A stretch of DNA of 64,000 nt. Origin: a virus. Below are positions 55,774 through 63,935 of this stretch, piece after piece. The position numbers were made by a program, and so were the translations under genes. The DNA lies in the IMG/VR virus record IMGVR_UViG_3300032285_003860. One strand, given 5' to 3'. Below the pieces are notes generated by a model. The model saw nothing but the letters and a program-made list of their open reading frames with translations, made no database searches and was not told where the DNA came from. Each line of letters begins with the position of its first letter. Position 1 is the stretch's first letter.

Positions 55774-56058
55774 ATGCCATCATCAAGAGTAAAAATCAAA
55801 AAACCAACAATTAGGCACAAAGATTTATCAGGTGATAATGTGTATGGCTATGCCATGCAAGAAGATTTTGAAATTGAGATTGACCCAAAACAAAGTAGCA
55901 AAGAATATTTAAATACTTTAATACATGAGATGTTGCATTGTTTCTTGCCAGATTTGCAAGAAAGGTTTATAGTAAGGATGGCAGACATTATGGCTGATGA
56001 AGTGTGGAAAAGAGGCTATAAGAAGTTGCCAAAATTGAATAAGAAAATTCGTAAATAA
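55774..56058 (+). CDS. Small HExxH zincin-like metalloprotein
   Basis: IEID......LNTLIHEMLH. Confidence 0.7.
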   Translation: MPSSRVKIKKPTIRHKDLSGDNVYGYAMQEDFEIEIDPKQSSKEYLNTLIHEMLHCFLPDLQERFIVRMADIMADEVWKRGYKKLPKLNKKIRK

Positions 56059-56146
56059 TGAGGAATTTGAACAGTTTTTTTGCTAAATAATAATAAAATA
56101 GCAACTTTTAACAGAAATTAATAATATTTAATATAATTACATAAAC

Positions 56147-56446
56147 ATGAGCGAAAATCCAAAATTGAATGAAAATGGCGTAAATAACGCTACCGCAACA
56201 ACCCCCACCCCCGCAAAAGAGACCAAAAGTTTAACAGATTTATATTCAAAGACTTACACAGAAGTTTTTAATAAATTAACAAAAGCAGAGCAAGATAGGA
56301 TTTTAAAAGATTTGCAAAAGCCAGCAGAGGTTATCAGAGGCGAGGAAGTGCAATACCCCGAAGTTAGCAGGTTTCTTAAAGAAGTGTGCCGCAAAGCAGA
56401 AGGTGAGTATGATAAGCAGTTTGTTAAACAAGAACCCAAAAAGTAA
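56147..56446 (+). CDS. Hypothetical protein
   Basis: ORF. Confidence 0.55.
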   Translation: MSENPKLNENGVNNATATTPTPAKETKSLTDLYSKTYTEVFNKLTKAEQDRILKDLQKPAEVIRGEEVQYPEVSRFLKEVCRKAEGEYDKQFVKQEPKK

Positions 56447-56525
56447 TTATATTAAATAAAAATTACTTTAAAATTATTCTTTTTATTGTTGACCCCAACT
56501 GAAGTCTCTGGTAGATTACTTGCCT

Positions 56526-57509
56526 ATGGAAAACCTATTCCCTGATGTTATCGGTCAAGATGCAGCCAAGAAAAAATTGGCTTTCTACTTGAATTCTTAT
56601 CACTCCACTCGCATTATGCCCAATTTGATGCTCTGCGCTCCCAAAGGTCAGGGCAAAAGTATGTTGGCAAGGGAGGCGGCAAAGCAACTGTATCTCTATG
56701 AAGATGGCAAGCCTGTTCTCAAAGAGAATGGCAAAGTCAAGAAGAAAACCTTTCTTGAAATCAATGCCAGCACCATCAAAGGCGTTCGCCAGTTTGTGAA
56801 CAATGTGCTTGTGCCTCATGTGGTTGACAAAGATGTCACAATCTTTATTGACGAGGCATCTGAAATCAAGAAGGATGTTACCATGAGTCTCCTGACCATG
56901 CTCAATCCCAATGCCACCAACAAAAATACATTTGTCTATGATGACTATGCTTGTGACATTGACTTCTCGCGCCAGACCTTCATCTTTGCAACTTCAGAGT
57001 CTCACTCTGTATTTGCTCCCCTGATGGATAGGTTGACTCGCGTTGACTTGGAAGATTATTCTTACAGTCACTTGGGTCAAATCGTTCAGAAAGCTGCACC
57101 AGAAGTCAAGTTCAAAGATGATGTTCTTTTGGAGATTGCTACTGTCTTGCGCGGCAATGCTCGTCAGGCAGTCAAAACAGCAGGGGACATTAGGACATAC
57201 CTGTGCGGCGGCAAAGAGTTTGGCAAACAAGATTGGCAGAAGTTGGTCAGCTTGTTGAGCATCCTGCCTCTGGGATTGTCGCCCATTGAACTGAACCTGC
57301 TGCGCTTTATGCGTCAGAATAGTGATGGCAGTTCCCTCACTAACCTTGCTGCCAAGACTGGTTTGAGCCGCGAGGCAGTTCAGAAAGATTATGAGACCTA
57401 CCTCCAGAAGCACTCTCTCATGGAGATTACTGCTGGCAAGGGACGCACAATTACTGGCAAAGGTCTTGACTATCTCAAGGCGTTCGACTCCCTACCCCAA
57501 ACGGCATAA
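56526..57509 (+). CDS. ruvB: RuvB-like AAA+ ATPase (Holliday junction motor family)
   Basis: DVIGQ, APKGQGKS Walker A, FIDE Walker B, FAPLMDR, RGNAR sensor II, C-terminal winged helix (LAAKTG...YETYL...GR.IT.KG). Confidence 0.82.
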   Translation: MENLFPDVIGQDAAKKKLAFYLNSYHSTRIMPNLMLCAPKGQGKSMLAREAAKQLYLYEDGKPVLKENGKVKKKTFLEINASTIKGVRQFVNNVLVPHVVDKDVTIFIDEASEIKKDVTMSLLTMLNPNATNKNTFVYDDYACDIDFSRQTFIFATSESHSVFAPLMDRLTRVDLEDYSYSHLGQIVQKAAPEVKFKDDVLLEIATVLRGNARQAVKTAGDIRTYLCGGKEFGKQDWQKLVSLLSILPLGLSPIELNLLRFMRQNSDGSSLTNLAAKTGLSREAVQKDYETYLQKHSLMEITAGKGRTITGKGLDYLKAFDSLPQTA

Positions 57510-57565
57510 AAAAATAAATTAAAAAAATAGTTGCATATAAATTAAACATCTAGTATATTTTGTAT

Positions 57566-57826
57566 ATGGAAATTGTTAAAAAGAAAGTAACTCGTAAGGG
57601 GGCAGGTCGCACCAAAGGCAGTTTTAGCTTTGTGCCTGTTACCCTTGAAACCCTCAACAAAAAATTTGCAGGATTGCCTGACTTGAAGCTCCTCGTCTCG
57701 CGCAAGCAGATGGAAGCATTTGGTTTAGATAATCTTGTAACAGGAGCAGCAACCGATTTGGTCTCCAGCATCTCTGGTCAGACTGAACAAACCCAAGTCA
57801 AAGTTAATCTGATTGACCTTGACTAA
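57566..57826 (+). CDS. Small DNA-binding-like protein (AT-hook-like GAGRTKGS)
   Basis: RKGAGRTKGS. Confidence 0.6.
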   Translation: MEIVKKKVTRKGAGRTKGSFSFVPVTLETLNKKFAGLPDLKLLVSRKQMEAFGLDNLVTGAATDLVSSISGQTEQTQVKVNLIDLD

Positions 57827-57856
57827 CAAACAAAAACAAAGTAGTATTAAATAGTA

Positions 57857-58090
57857 ATGAACAAAACATATCATTGGTATCGTATTAACAAAGATTCGTT
57901 CCTTGATGCTTGGGACAATCTTTCAAACACAGACCGCCGACTCTTGGCAGAAGATGCAGAACAAAAGAGTTGGGGTTTTAAAAACTTCATTAACAAAGTG
58001 AATGCTGATACAGAAGGTCGCTACAATAGCCCGACCTATTATCTGAACGACCCTTATTCATTCAAGTATCCTTATTACAATGAAAACTAA
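57857..58090 (+). CDS. Hypothetical protein
   Basis: ORF after TTGACT promoter. Confidence 0.55.
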   Translation: MNKTYHWYRINKDSFLDAWDNLSNTDRRLLAEDAEQKSWGFKNFINKVNADTEGRYNSPTYYLNDPYSFKYPYYNEN

Positions 58091-58265
58091 AAATCCTAGC
58101 GACAGCCCAATCAAAGACCAGATAACTGTTTGCGGCACTCTGGTAACATTCCACCAAGACGGCTCATTCTTGATTCATGCCAAGTCTATGGAGCAAGCAC
58201 AGAAAGTTCAAAGATACTTGATTGATGAGGGGGTCTTTGAAATGGAAGAGGGAAGCCCAGAATAA
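58080..58265 (+). CDS. Hypothetical protein
   Basis: YLIDEG.F motif. Confidence 0.55.
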   Translation: MKTKNPSDSPIKDQITVCGTLVTFHQDGSFLIHAKSMEQAQKVQRYLIDEGVFEMEEGSPE

Positions 58266-58350
58266 CGGGAGCCCTACCCCCAAAAAATATGGTTTGCGGT
58301 CATCCACAAAACCGCTTGACTTTTTTATAAAATTATAATATATTATACCC

Positions 58351-58710
58351 ATGAATGATAACTCTGTAATGGTATTGAATCCTTATTTCAAAGATAACAC
58401 TTGGGTCTTTGATGATGTTGCAACTGGCTTAAAGGCTGAAGCCTTTGTCTTTGGTATCCCAGAGATGATTGATTATGCCATTGCCAAAAAGAAAATCCCC
58501 AATGCAAATAAAGGATTCAAATTGGTATTCTCTAAAAATGCTTTGCCAAAGTATGACTTGAAACTAGATTGGAGTCACGAAGATTGCGGCGGCAACTGGT
58601 ATAAGTGTAATGAGACCAAGAGTGTTGGATGGCTTTGCCCTGCTTTGTTTAAATACTTTAGCATTGCACCAAAAGAACTCTATGCCTTTGTTGAACCACT
58701 AAAAATATGA
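58351..58710 (+). CDS. DUF6717-like protein
   Basis: PY....WVFDD...GL..EAFV.G..EMID, GNWY, GWLCPALFKYF..APK.LY. Confidence 0.8.
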   Translation: MNDNSVMVLNPYFKDNTWVFDDVATGLKAEAFVFGIPEMIDYAIAKKKIPNANKGFKLVFSKNALPKYDLKLDWSHEDCGGNWYKCNETKSVGWLCPALFKYFSIAPKELYAFVEPLKI

Positions 58711-58851
58711 AAAAGAAACCAAATAAAAAGAAAGTCAAATCAAATAATAATAAAGTTATTATATTTTCGGCAGTTGCAGCCGCAATCATTATTGCAATCC
58801 TAATAAAGAAATATCATTGACAAATAAATAAATAATTGATATATTACAAAT

Positions 58852-59013
58852 ATGAATAACAATAAGAAAAATTGGTATCCTGCTGTGGCAAAGGCAAACA
58901 TTGGTGCAAAGCGCAAGAGCGAAAAGGCAAAGGTTGCTGCAAAAGACCACGGCGAAAATAAAGGGATGAGCATCTCTGAACAATTAAAATTTTTGGGTTA
59001 CATCCCGAAATAA
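58852..59013 (+). CDS. Small basic protein (53 aa)
   Basis: MNNNKKNWYPAVAKANIGAKRKSEKAKVAAK...; TTGACA 35 nt upstream. Confidence 0.6.
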   Translation: MNNNKKNWYPAVAKANIGAKRKSEKAKVAAKDHGENKGMSISEQLKFLGYIPK

Positions 59014-59020
59014 CTAATTT

Positions 59021-59190
59021 ATCCCGTTCATATGCCTGACGATCCTGACAGGGAAAGTGCAGGCGGGCAGACTGCTGGATTCTGGCGGACGCTTGCAGCG
59101 GGATTTTACTTTGGCAGGTTAGGGGAAAAAGGAAGCTCAAGTCTCTGTGATTCCAAGTGCGTAGCATGAGGCAATCCACCCTTAACTTGC
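59021..59190 (+). ncRNA. GC-rich two-domain structured RNA candidate
   Basis: ATCCCG/CGGGAT domain (59021-59104) and GCAGGTTAGGGG/CCCTTAACTTGC domain (59114-59190) with G.U pairs; no ORF. Confidence 0.5.
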
Positions 59191-59225
59191 TTGACATTTA
59201 AATAATAATTTGTTATCTTCTTCAT

Positions 59226-59441
59226 ATGATTAATTCAAGACCATTAACGACTTCTGAGTATAATGAACTTTTGAAATTGAGGAACGAAATTGACGAGTGC
59301 CGATTGGTTGGACACTTCAATTCTGATTACGAATTTCAGGTTGCTCGGCGCGACGAGTTAATTGCAATAGAAACTGCAAATCGTGAAGCTGAAAGCCTTG
59401 CAGCTTGGGGAATTGATGCTAATGGAAAAAAGATTAAATAA
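59226..59441 (+). CDS. Hypothetical protein
   Basis: Leaderless-type promoter. Confidence 0.55.
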   Translation: MINSRPLTTSEYNELLKLRNEIDECRLVGHFNSDYEFQVARRDELIAIETANREAESLAAWGIDANGKKIK

Positions 59442-59483
59442 ATCCATTGACTTTTAAACGAAAACTGATACATTATCACCACT

Positions 59484-59663
59484 ATGTATTACCACCAAGA
59501 AGAAGATAGAATGGCAACGCCAATGGATGCTTGTAGAGAATATGCTCGTAATGTTGGATATGAGCATCCTGAACACGCATGGATTTTAACAGATTATGAT
59601 ACTTGGGAACCCAATCCATATTATCATGGTCCTCCCCAACAGCATCCTGAATTTGATTGCTAA
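59484..59663 (+). CDS. Conserved small phage protein (59 aa)
   Basis: AWILTDYDTWEPNPYYHGPPQQHPE. Confidence 0.65.
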   Translation: MYYHQEEDRMATPMDACREYARNVGYEHPEHAWILTDYDTWEPNPYYHGPPQQHPEFDC

Positions 59664-59705
59664 TAATTAATTGACATTTTATAAAAAATCTGGCATCCTA
59701 CTTAT

Positions 59706-59975
59706 ATGATTAATGCATTCCATGTTGGCGACAGAGTAACATTCAATGGCTACAAGGGCACAATCTGCTCCCCTGCCATATATGCCCAAACCACAGAATA
59801 TCACAAGTTTTATTGCTACCTTGTCTGGTTTGATGAGGTAAATGATAAACAGGTCAGATTTGAAAATGTAGAGTTGAATTATAGCTCAAACATTGCACCA
59901 ATCAATGAAGCATTTCTCTCCCTTGTAATTGAAGAAAATGTAAAAAAGACTGTTGACATTGAAGGCTACTGCTGA
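59706..59975 (+). CDS. Hypothetical SH3-like protein
   Basis: FHVGDRV...GTI....YLVWFD. Confidence 0.6.
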   Translation: MINAFHVGDRVTFNGYKGTICSPAIYAQTTEYHKFYCYLVWFDEVNDKQVRFENVELNYSSNIAPINEAFLSLVIEENVKKTVDIEGYC

Positions 59976-59989
59976 TACCTTATCCCCGT

Positions 59990-60406
59990 ATGAAACTTAC
60001 ATATCAAAACTACGGCTCATCAATCCTGTTGTTCGTCAATGCAGAATCAGATGAGATAGCGCACGGCAAATACTTGTCCCTCTGGAATTGGAATTGCACC
60101 TCTAGCGAGGCAAGCTATGTGAAGGAGGGAGTGATTGCTTGTTGGTCAACTGTGGCGCGTTTAAAAGATTACTTATTCAATCGTCGAGTGATTGAGTTGA
60201 GTGATTCTGCCCCCAACAAGGGAGTCAAAGGCGGGGTCGCAACAGAGGCTCGCAAGTTGGCGGAGAAAGATTTCCTCGCCATTGAACAAGAGCAGTATCG
60301 CTCCATTAACAACTCTGGCACAGAATATGAGCTTGGTCTCATTGAAGCTGAAAAGCCTGACGACGATTTCAAAGATTCAGTTTTGAAATACGCCTTTGCA
60401 AATTAA
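59990..60406 (+). CDS. Hypothetical protein
   Basis: Own promoter; followed by terminator. Confidence 0.6.
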   Translation: MKLTYQNYGSSILLFVNAESDEIAHGKYLSLWNWNCTSSEASYVKEGVIACWSTVARLKDYLFNRRVIELSDSAPNKGVKGGVATEARKLAEKDFLAIEQEQYRSINNSGTEYELGLIEAEKPDDDFKDSVLKYAFAN

Positions 60407-60432
60407 ACAAACCAGACACGAAATAAGAAAAG

Positions 60433-60462
60433 GAGCAGGGAGAAATCCCTGTTCTTTTTTTT
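60433..60462 (+). terminator. Intrinsic terminator
   Basis: GAGCAGGGA/TCCCTGTTC plus T-tract. Confidence 0.85.
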
Positions 60463-60557
60463 GTTTTTCAAATATTAGAAAATCTAATTTAAATAATAAG
60501 CTGTGCAAATATAAGAAGGGATAATAGAGAAGATGGGTATAAATAATATATTAAAAA

Positions 60558-60587
60558 GGGGGGGTAGGGGGGCTACCCCCCACCCCC
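60558..60587. repeat. G/C-tract palindrome copy 1
   Basis: G7-TA-G6-CTA-C6-A-C5. Confidence 0.85.
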
Positions 60588-60727
60588 AGAGAGTGCGCCC
60601 AAGATTTGTCAAGCTTTTTCTGCAACAATCTTTTTAAAAAAACTATCAAAAAAAGGTTGCGCGGGAATGAATAGTTTGATAATCTTTGTTCGTTAGTTAA
60701 ACAAACAATAAACAAAAAGATAAAATT

Positions 60728-61606
60728 ATGGCTCAACTCGCAAAACAATCCTCCTCGTTCAATTACTCTGTGGAAGCTGCTCCCTCATTCATGCAGCTTG
60801 CAGACGGCTCATTCGTCAAGGATGGGTTCACTGTTAACCGCCGCACTGACACTCTTGAAGTGTTGGGCAAGGTGACTGACCGCTACGGCATCGTGCAGAA
60901 CGCTGACCTGATTCAGGTTGCGGAAGATGCATTCGCTGCAAAAGGCATGACCGATTATGCTCGCAAGGTTGTGGTGACTGGTGCTGGTGAAAAGATCTAT
61001 GCCGTTTATGACTTCAAAAACCATACCAAAAAACTCAAGGTTGGCGACGAAGTTGGTTTGCGTCTCACCTTGCAGAATTCGTTTGACGGCTCCCTCCGCG
61101 CCTCATTTGGTTTGGGAATGTTGCGTCTGCTCTGCTTGAATGGCATGACCACCATGGAACGCGAAGTTGGCATGACCAAAAAGCATTCGTCTGGCATCAA
61201 TGTGCAGTTTGTTTCTGATGCACTTGAAAAGGCGATTGCGTCTTGGAACAGTGCCACTGCTGTTTTTGACCGCCTGTCTGATGTTAAGGTGACTCAAATT
61301 CAGGGGGCGAACATCCTTGCCAATCTGGAAAAGCAGTCTGTCATCTCTGGCAAGTTGCGCGAAGGCATCGGTGGCATTTGGGCAAACCCCACGCATCGTG
61401 AGGATGCTGGTCGCAATTTGTTCAACCTCTACAATGCTGTGACCCAACATCTGACCCACGATGTTGCTGGTGACCGCTTTGAATTGGCAAACCGCGTTTC
61501 TGCAAATGTCCTTGCGGCGTTTGACCGCGCCTCGCAAAAGTCTGACCGCTTTGCGCGATTGGTGACCCCTGTCAAGGATGAACTGGCAGCAGTTAGCTTG
61601 AACTAA
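60728..61606 (+). CDS. DUF932/DUF945 family protein
   Basis: R.DT..VLG.VT.RY.IVQN, NSFDGS, RL.CLNG, HS, N...LYNAVT...TH. Confidence 0.88.
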   Translation: MAQLAKQSSSFNYSVEAAPSFMQLADGSFVKDGFTVNRRTDTLEVLGKVTDRYGIVQNADLIQVAEDAFAAKGMTDYARKVVVTGAGEKIYAVYDFKNHTKKLKVGDEVGLRLTLQNSFDGSLRASFGLGMLRLLCLNGMTTMEREVGMTKKHSSGINVQFVSDALEKAIASWNSATAVFDRLSDVKVTQIQGANILANLEKQSVISGKLREGIGGIWANPTHREDAGRNLFNLYNAVTQHLTHDVAGDRFELANRVSANVLAAFDRASQKSDRFARLVTPVKDELAAVSLN

Positions 61607-61626
61607 AAGTCAAGCAAATAAATCAC

Positions 61627-61655
61627 AGCCCGCTTCGAAAGAGGCGGGCTTTTTT
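61627..61655 (+). terminator. Intrinsic terminator
   Basis: AGCCCGCTTC-GAAA-GAGGCGGGCT plus T-tract. Confidence 0.88.
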
Positions 61656-61679
61656 GTTTTCTAGCAAATAAGCAAATAA

Positions 61680-61722
61680 GGGGGTAGGGGGTGGATTTTG
61701 GGGTAGGGCTTACCCCTACCCC
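61680..61722. repeat. G/C-tract palindrome copy 2
   Basis: G5-TA-G5...G4-TA-G3-CTTA-C4-TA-C4. Confidence 0.8.
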
Positions 61723-61788
61723 TAAATTATATAAAAAAATAATTAAAAAGCTCCTTGACCTTTTTGCCAGAACTGATATCTTCCTTAT

Positions 61789-62271
61789 ATGGTTAATAAC
61801 AAATCACACTTGACAGCAATCAAACGCAACAAACTTTCTGCACCTGCCACTTGGCTCTTGACCAATGGCTTTTTCAAGGATGCAAAACAAATCCTTGACT
61901 ATGGGTGTGGGCGTGGTAGCGACACAACATTTTTGACCCGCACAGGTTTCAAGGTTTATCCTTATGACCCGCACTACCAGCCTCTCCCTGCCCCGCCAAA
62001 CTTTTTTGATAAAGCCATGTGCAACTTTGTTTTGAATGTGGTGAATGAAACTGTGGCAGATGTTATCATCAAAAAGATCCAGGCACATTTGACCCCAACT
62101 GGCGTGGCTTATCTGGCAGTTCGCCGCGATGTCAAACAAGATGGTTTCACCAAGAAAGGAACTTACCAGCGCAATGTAGCGTTGAGTCTCCCAGTCCTGC
62201 GCGAAACAAACGGATTTTGCATTTACAAACTTGACAAATACTCTCATGTAGTCCAAACTCATTGTGTATGA
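61789..62271 (+). CDS. SAM-dependent methyltransferase resembling the dnd-associated putative DNA methyltransferase domain
   Basis: HLTAIKR..LSAP, ILDYGCGRGSD, YDPHY, FVLNVV, YLAVR, T.KGTYQR. Confidence 0.8.
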   Translation: MVNNKSHLTAIKRNKLSAPATWLLTNGFFKDAKQILDYGCGRGSDTTFLTRTGFKVYPYDPHYQPLPAPPNFFDKAMCNFVLNVVNETVADVIIKKIQAHLTPTGVAYLAVRRDVKQDGFTKKGTYQRNVALSLPVLRETNGFCIYKLDKYSHVVQTHCV

Positions 62272-62618
62272 AATACAACGTGTTCGTAAATTACCTCGGT
62301 GATGGTGGTTGCTCCTTCCATTACGAATCTGATAGCATCGTTGAACAGGTGCTGGAAGATGTGTTTGCAATGTTCAACTATGGCAGCGGCAAGGAAAGCC
62401 CCTTGTTCATGGCTCGCAAACTGCGCTCACTCTCTGTTCACGATTGTGTTCGTGTTGGTGAAGAGTGGTATCAATGTGCTTCTGTTGGTTGGCAAAAAGT
62501 CACGGCAGAGTATGTTGACGAGTTGGAAAAGAAAGTGGTGATGCATCCTTTGTTTAAATTGCATGGTAGCTGGTTCGCCCTAAATGATGTAATGTGGACA
62601 GAATACAAAAAAATATGA
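62268..62618 (+). CDS. YodL-like domain protein
   Basis: LE.VF..FN, RSLSVHDCV, Y.C.SVGW. Confidence 0.7.
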   Translation: MKYNVFVNYLGDGGCSFHYESDSIVEQVLEDVFAMFNYGSGKESPLFMARKLRSLSVHDCVRVGEEWYQCASVGWQKVTAEYVDELEKKVVMHPLFKLHGSWFALNDVMWTEYKKI

Positions 62619-62752
62619 AAACCTTATCCTTCGACTTCCGTTCTGGTGCAGACATGGCAAATTTTGTTGACCTGATACTTGCCCTTCAATCCAAAGGGGT
62701 TGAATACGAACTGACCCAAGACAATAAATGGGTCATGGTTAATTTCAAATAA
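62615..62752 (+). CDS. Small hypothetical protein (45 aa)
   Basis: ATGA-coupled; MKTLSFDFRSGADMANF... Confidence 0.45.
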   Translation: MKTLSFDFRSGADMANFVDLILALQSKGVEYELTQDNKWVMVNFK

Positions 62753-62784
62753 AATAACAAACTCCTCAAATAGAGGAGTCCTTA

Positions 62785-62815
62785 GGGGGGGTAGGGGGGC
62801 TACCCCCCCTACCCC
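62785..62815. repeat. G/C-tract palindrome copy 3 at convergence point
   Basis: G7-TA-G6-CTA-C7-TA-C4, preceded by ACTCCTC/GAGGAGT hairpin. Confidence 0.85.
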
Positions 62816-62904
62816 TATAAAAAAGCGAGCCACCAGTTGAATCTTATCAGAATTTAAACTGAAAAGATTACGGGGCATGGAGCCCCTTAAAGGTGGCCGC
62901 TAAA

Positions 62905-63288
62905 TTATTTTAAGAACTTATGGATGTTAGTTTTCCAATTTTTGTTGCCAACAGGGTCGGCGGATTTTGGGCAATAGACATTTGCAAGGTAGTCCAGATA
63001 GTCACCATTACTCCCTGCATCTTTCCAGCGCACTTCGTTGTGGTAGATTGTCACAAGGCAAACTTTGCGCGGGTTGCTAGTCTTGACGCTCAAGATTCCG
63101 TAAGGGTGTTTTGTTTTCGCGCCGCCTTCAACTTTGTAAATGGCATCCGCGATTTTTCCATACTTGCTTTCCAGTTGCGCATCACTCATTGGGGCAAAGC
63201 GACTTTTCTTTGCGGGTTGTGCTTCGGATGATTTAACCAAAACAAGGATTGCAACGAACACACACAGGGCAGTAGTTAAGTTTTTCAT
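62905..63288 (-). CDS. Secreted lysozyme/lytic-transglycosylase-like protein
   Basis: Signal peptide; IADAIYKVEGG (catalytic Glu at helix end); LANVYCP......N.NW..N. Confidence 0.6.
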   Translation of the reverse strand: MKNLTTALCVFVAILVLVKSSEAQPAKKSRFAPMSDAQLESKYGKIADAIYKVEGGAKTKHPYGILSVKTSNPRKVCLVTIYHNEVRWKDAGSNGDYLDYLANVYCPKSADPVGNKNWKTNIHKFLK

Positions 63289-63319
63289 AAAGTTATATTA
63301 TTAAATTTACACTATTTTG

Positions 63320-63511
63320 TCAAGGGGCAATTACTTGTTCAAAGGAAACTATTCCCGCCGTCAGGTCACGCAACAGTTCCCTAGTTTTGCTGTCAATGGT
63401 TTTCTTGCCAGTTAATTGCTGAATGATTGCGGCATCACCCTTGTCCACAATGTAGGACAATTTGTTGCCGTAAACTTCGCGGGTGTAGTATTGGATCGTT
63501 TTCTTATTCAT
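63320..63511 (-). CDS. Hypothetical protein
   Basis: REVYGN...Y......LTGKKT motif common in phages. Confidence 0.65.
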   Translation of the reverse strand: MNKKTIQYYTREVYGNKLSYIVDKGDAAIIQQLTGKKTIDSKTRELLRDLTAGIVSFEQVIAP

Positions 63512-63520
63512 TTGATGAGT

Positions 63521-63691
63521 TTAGCAGGTTGTCGCGGATTTAATGGCGCGTTTTGCTGCCGCCAAAGGTTTAACTCCATCTGTATACCATTGCATATAGC
63601 AACAGTCCTCTAGGTCGTCACTAGTCAAGCCGCAAATTGCGGAGATGTTTTTGTCAACTTGTTTCTTCCATTGTTCGAATGTCATTTTCAT
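63521..63691 (-). CDS. Small conserved phage protein (56 aa)
   Basis: MKMTFEQWKKQVD......GL.SDDL.D..Y..WY.DG..P..AA. Confidence 0.6.
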   Translation of the reverse strand: MKMTFEQWKKQVDKNISAICGLTSDDLEDCCYMQWYTDGVKPLAAAKRAIKSATTC

Positions 63692-63728
63692 TTAGAAAGT
63701 TTAGCAGTTTTGATTGAATTGTCAAGTA

Positions 63729-63935
63729 TTAATATAAATCAATTATTTCATCGCAAATTTTCCAATCAATTTCATATCCAGCACCAGTGCAATAGCCAAT
63801 ATAAAATCCTCTAATGTGAGCCAGTTGTTCGCGGCGAGAGATTGGCTCATCTGCCAAAGTCTTTGCCACATCTCTGGCATGGTTAAGAGTGTTAATTTCA
63901 TGCTGGCTTTTGTTGTCGTGACTGATTGTTTTCAT
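63729..63935 (-). CDS. Hypothetical protein
   Basis: TTGACA 35 nt upstream on the minus strand. Confidence 0.55.
   Translation of the reverse strand: MKTISHDNKSQHEINTLNHARDVAKTLADEPISRREQLAHIRGFYIGYCTGAGYEIDWKICDEIIDLY

Noticed and set aside
59036-59104. Hammerhead ribozyme core (CUGACGA...GAAA)
   Set aside because: Stem II is weak and there is no UH cleavage triplet after the potential stem III; the core bases are better explained by the GCCTG/CAGGC helix
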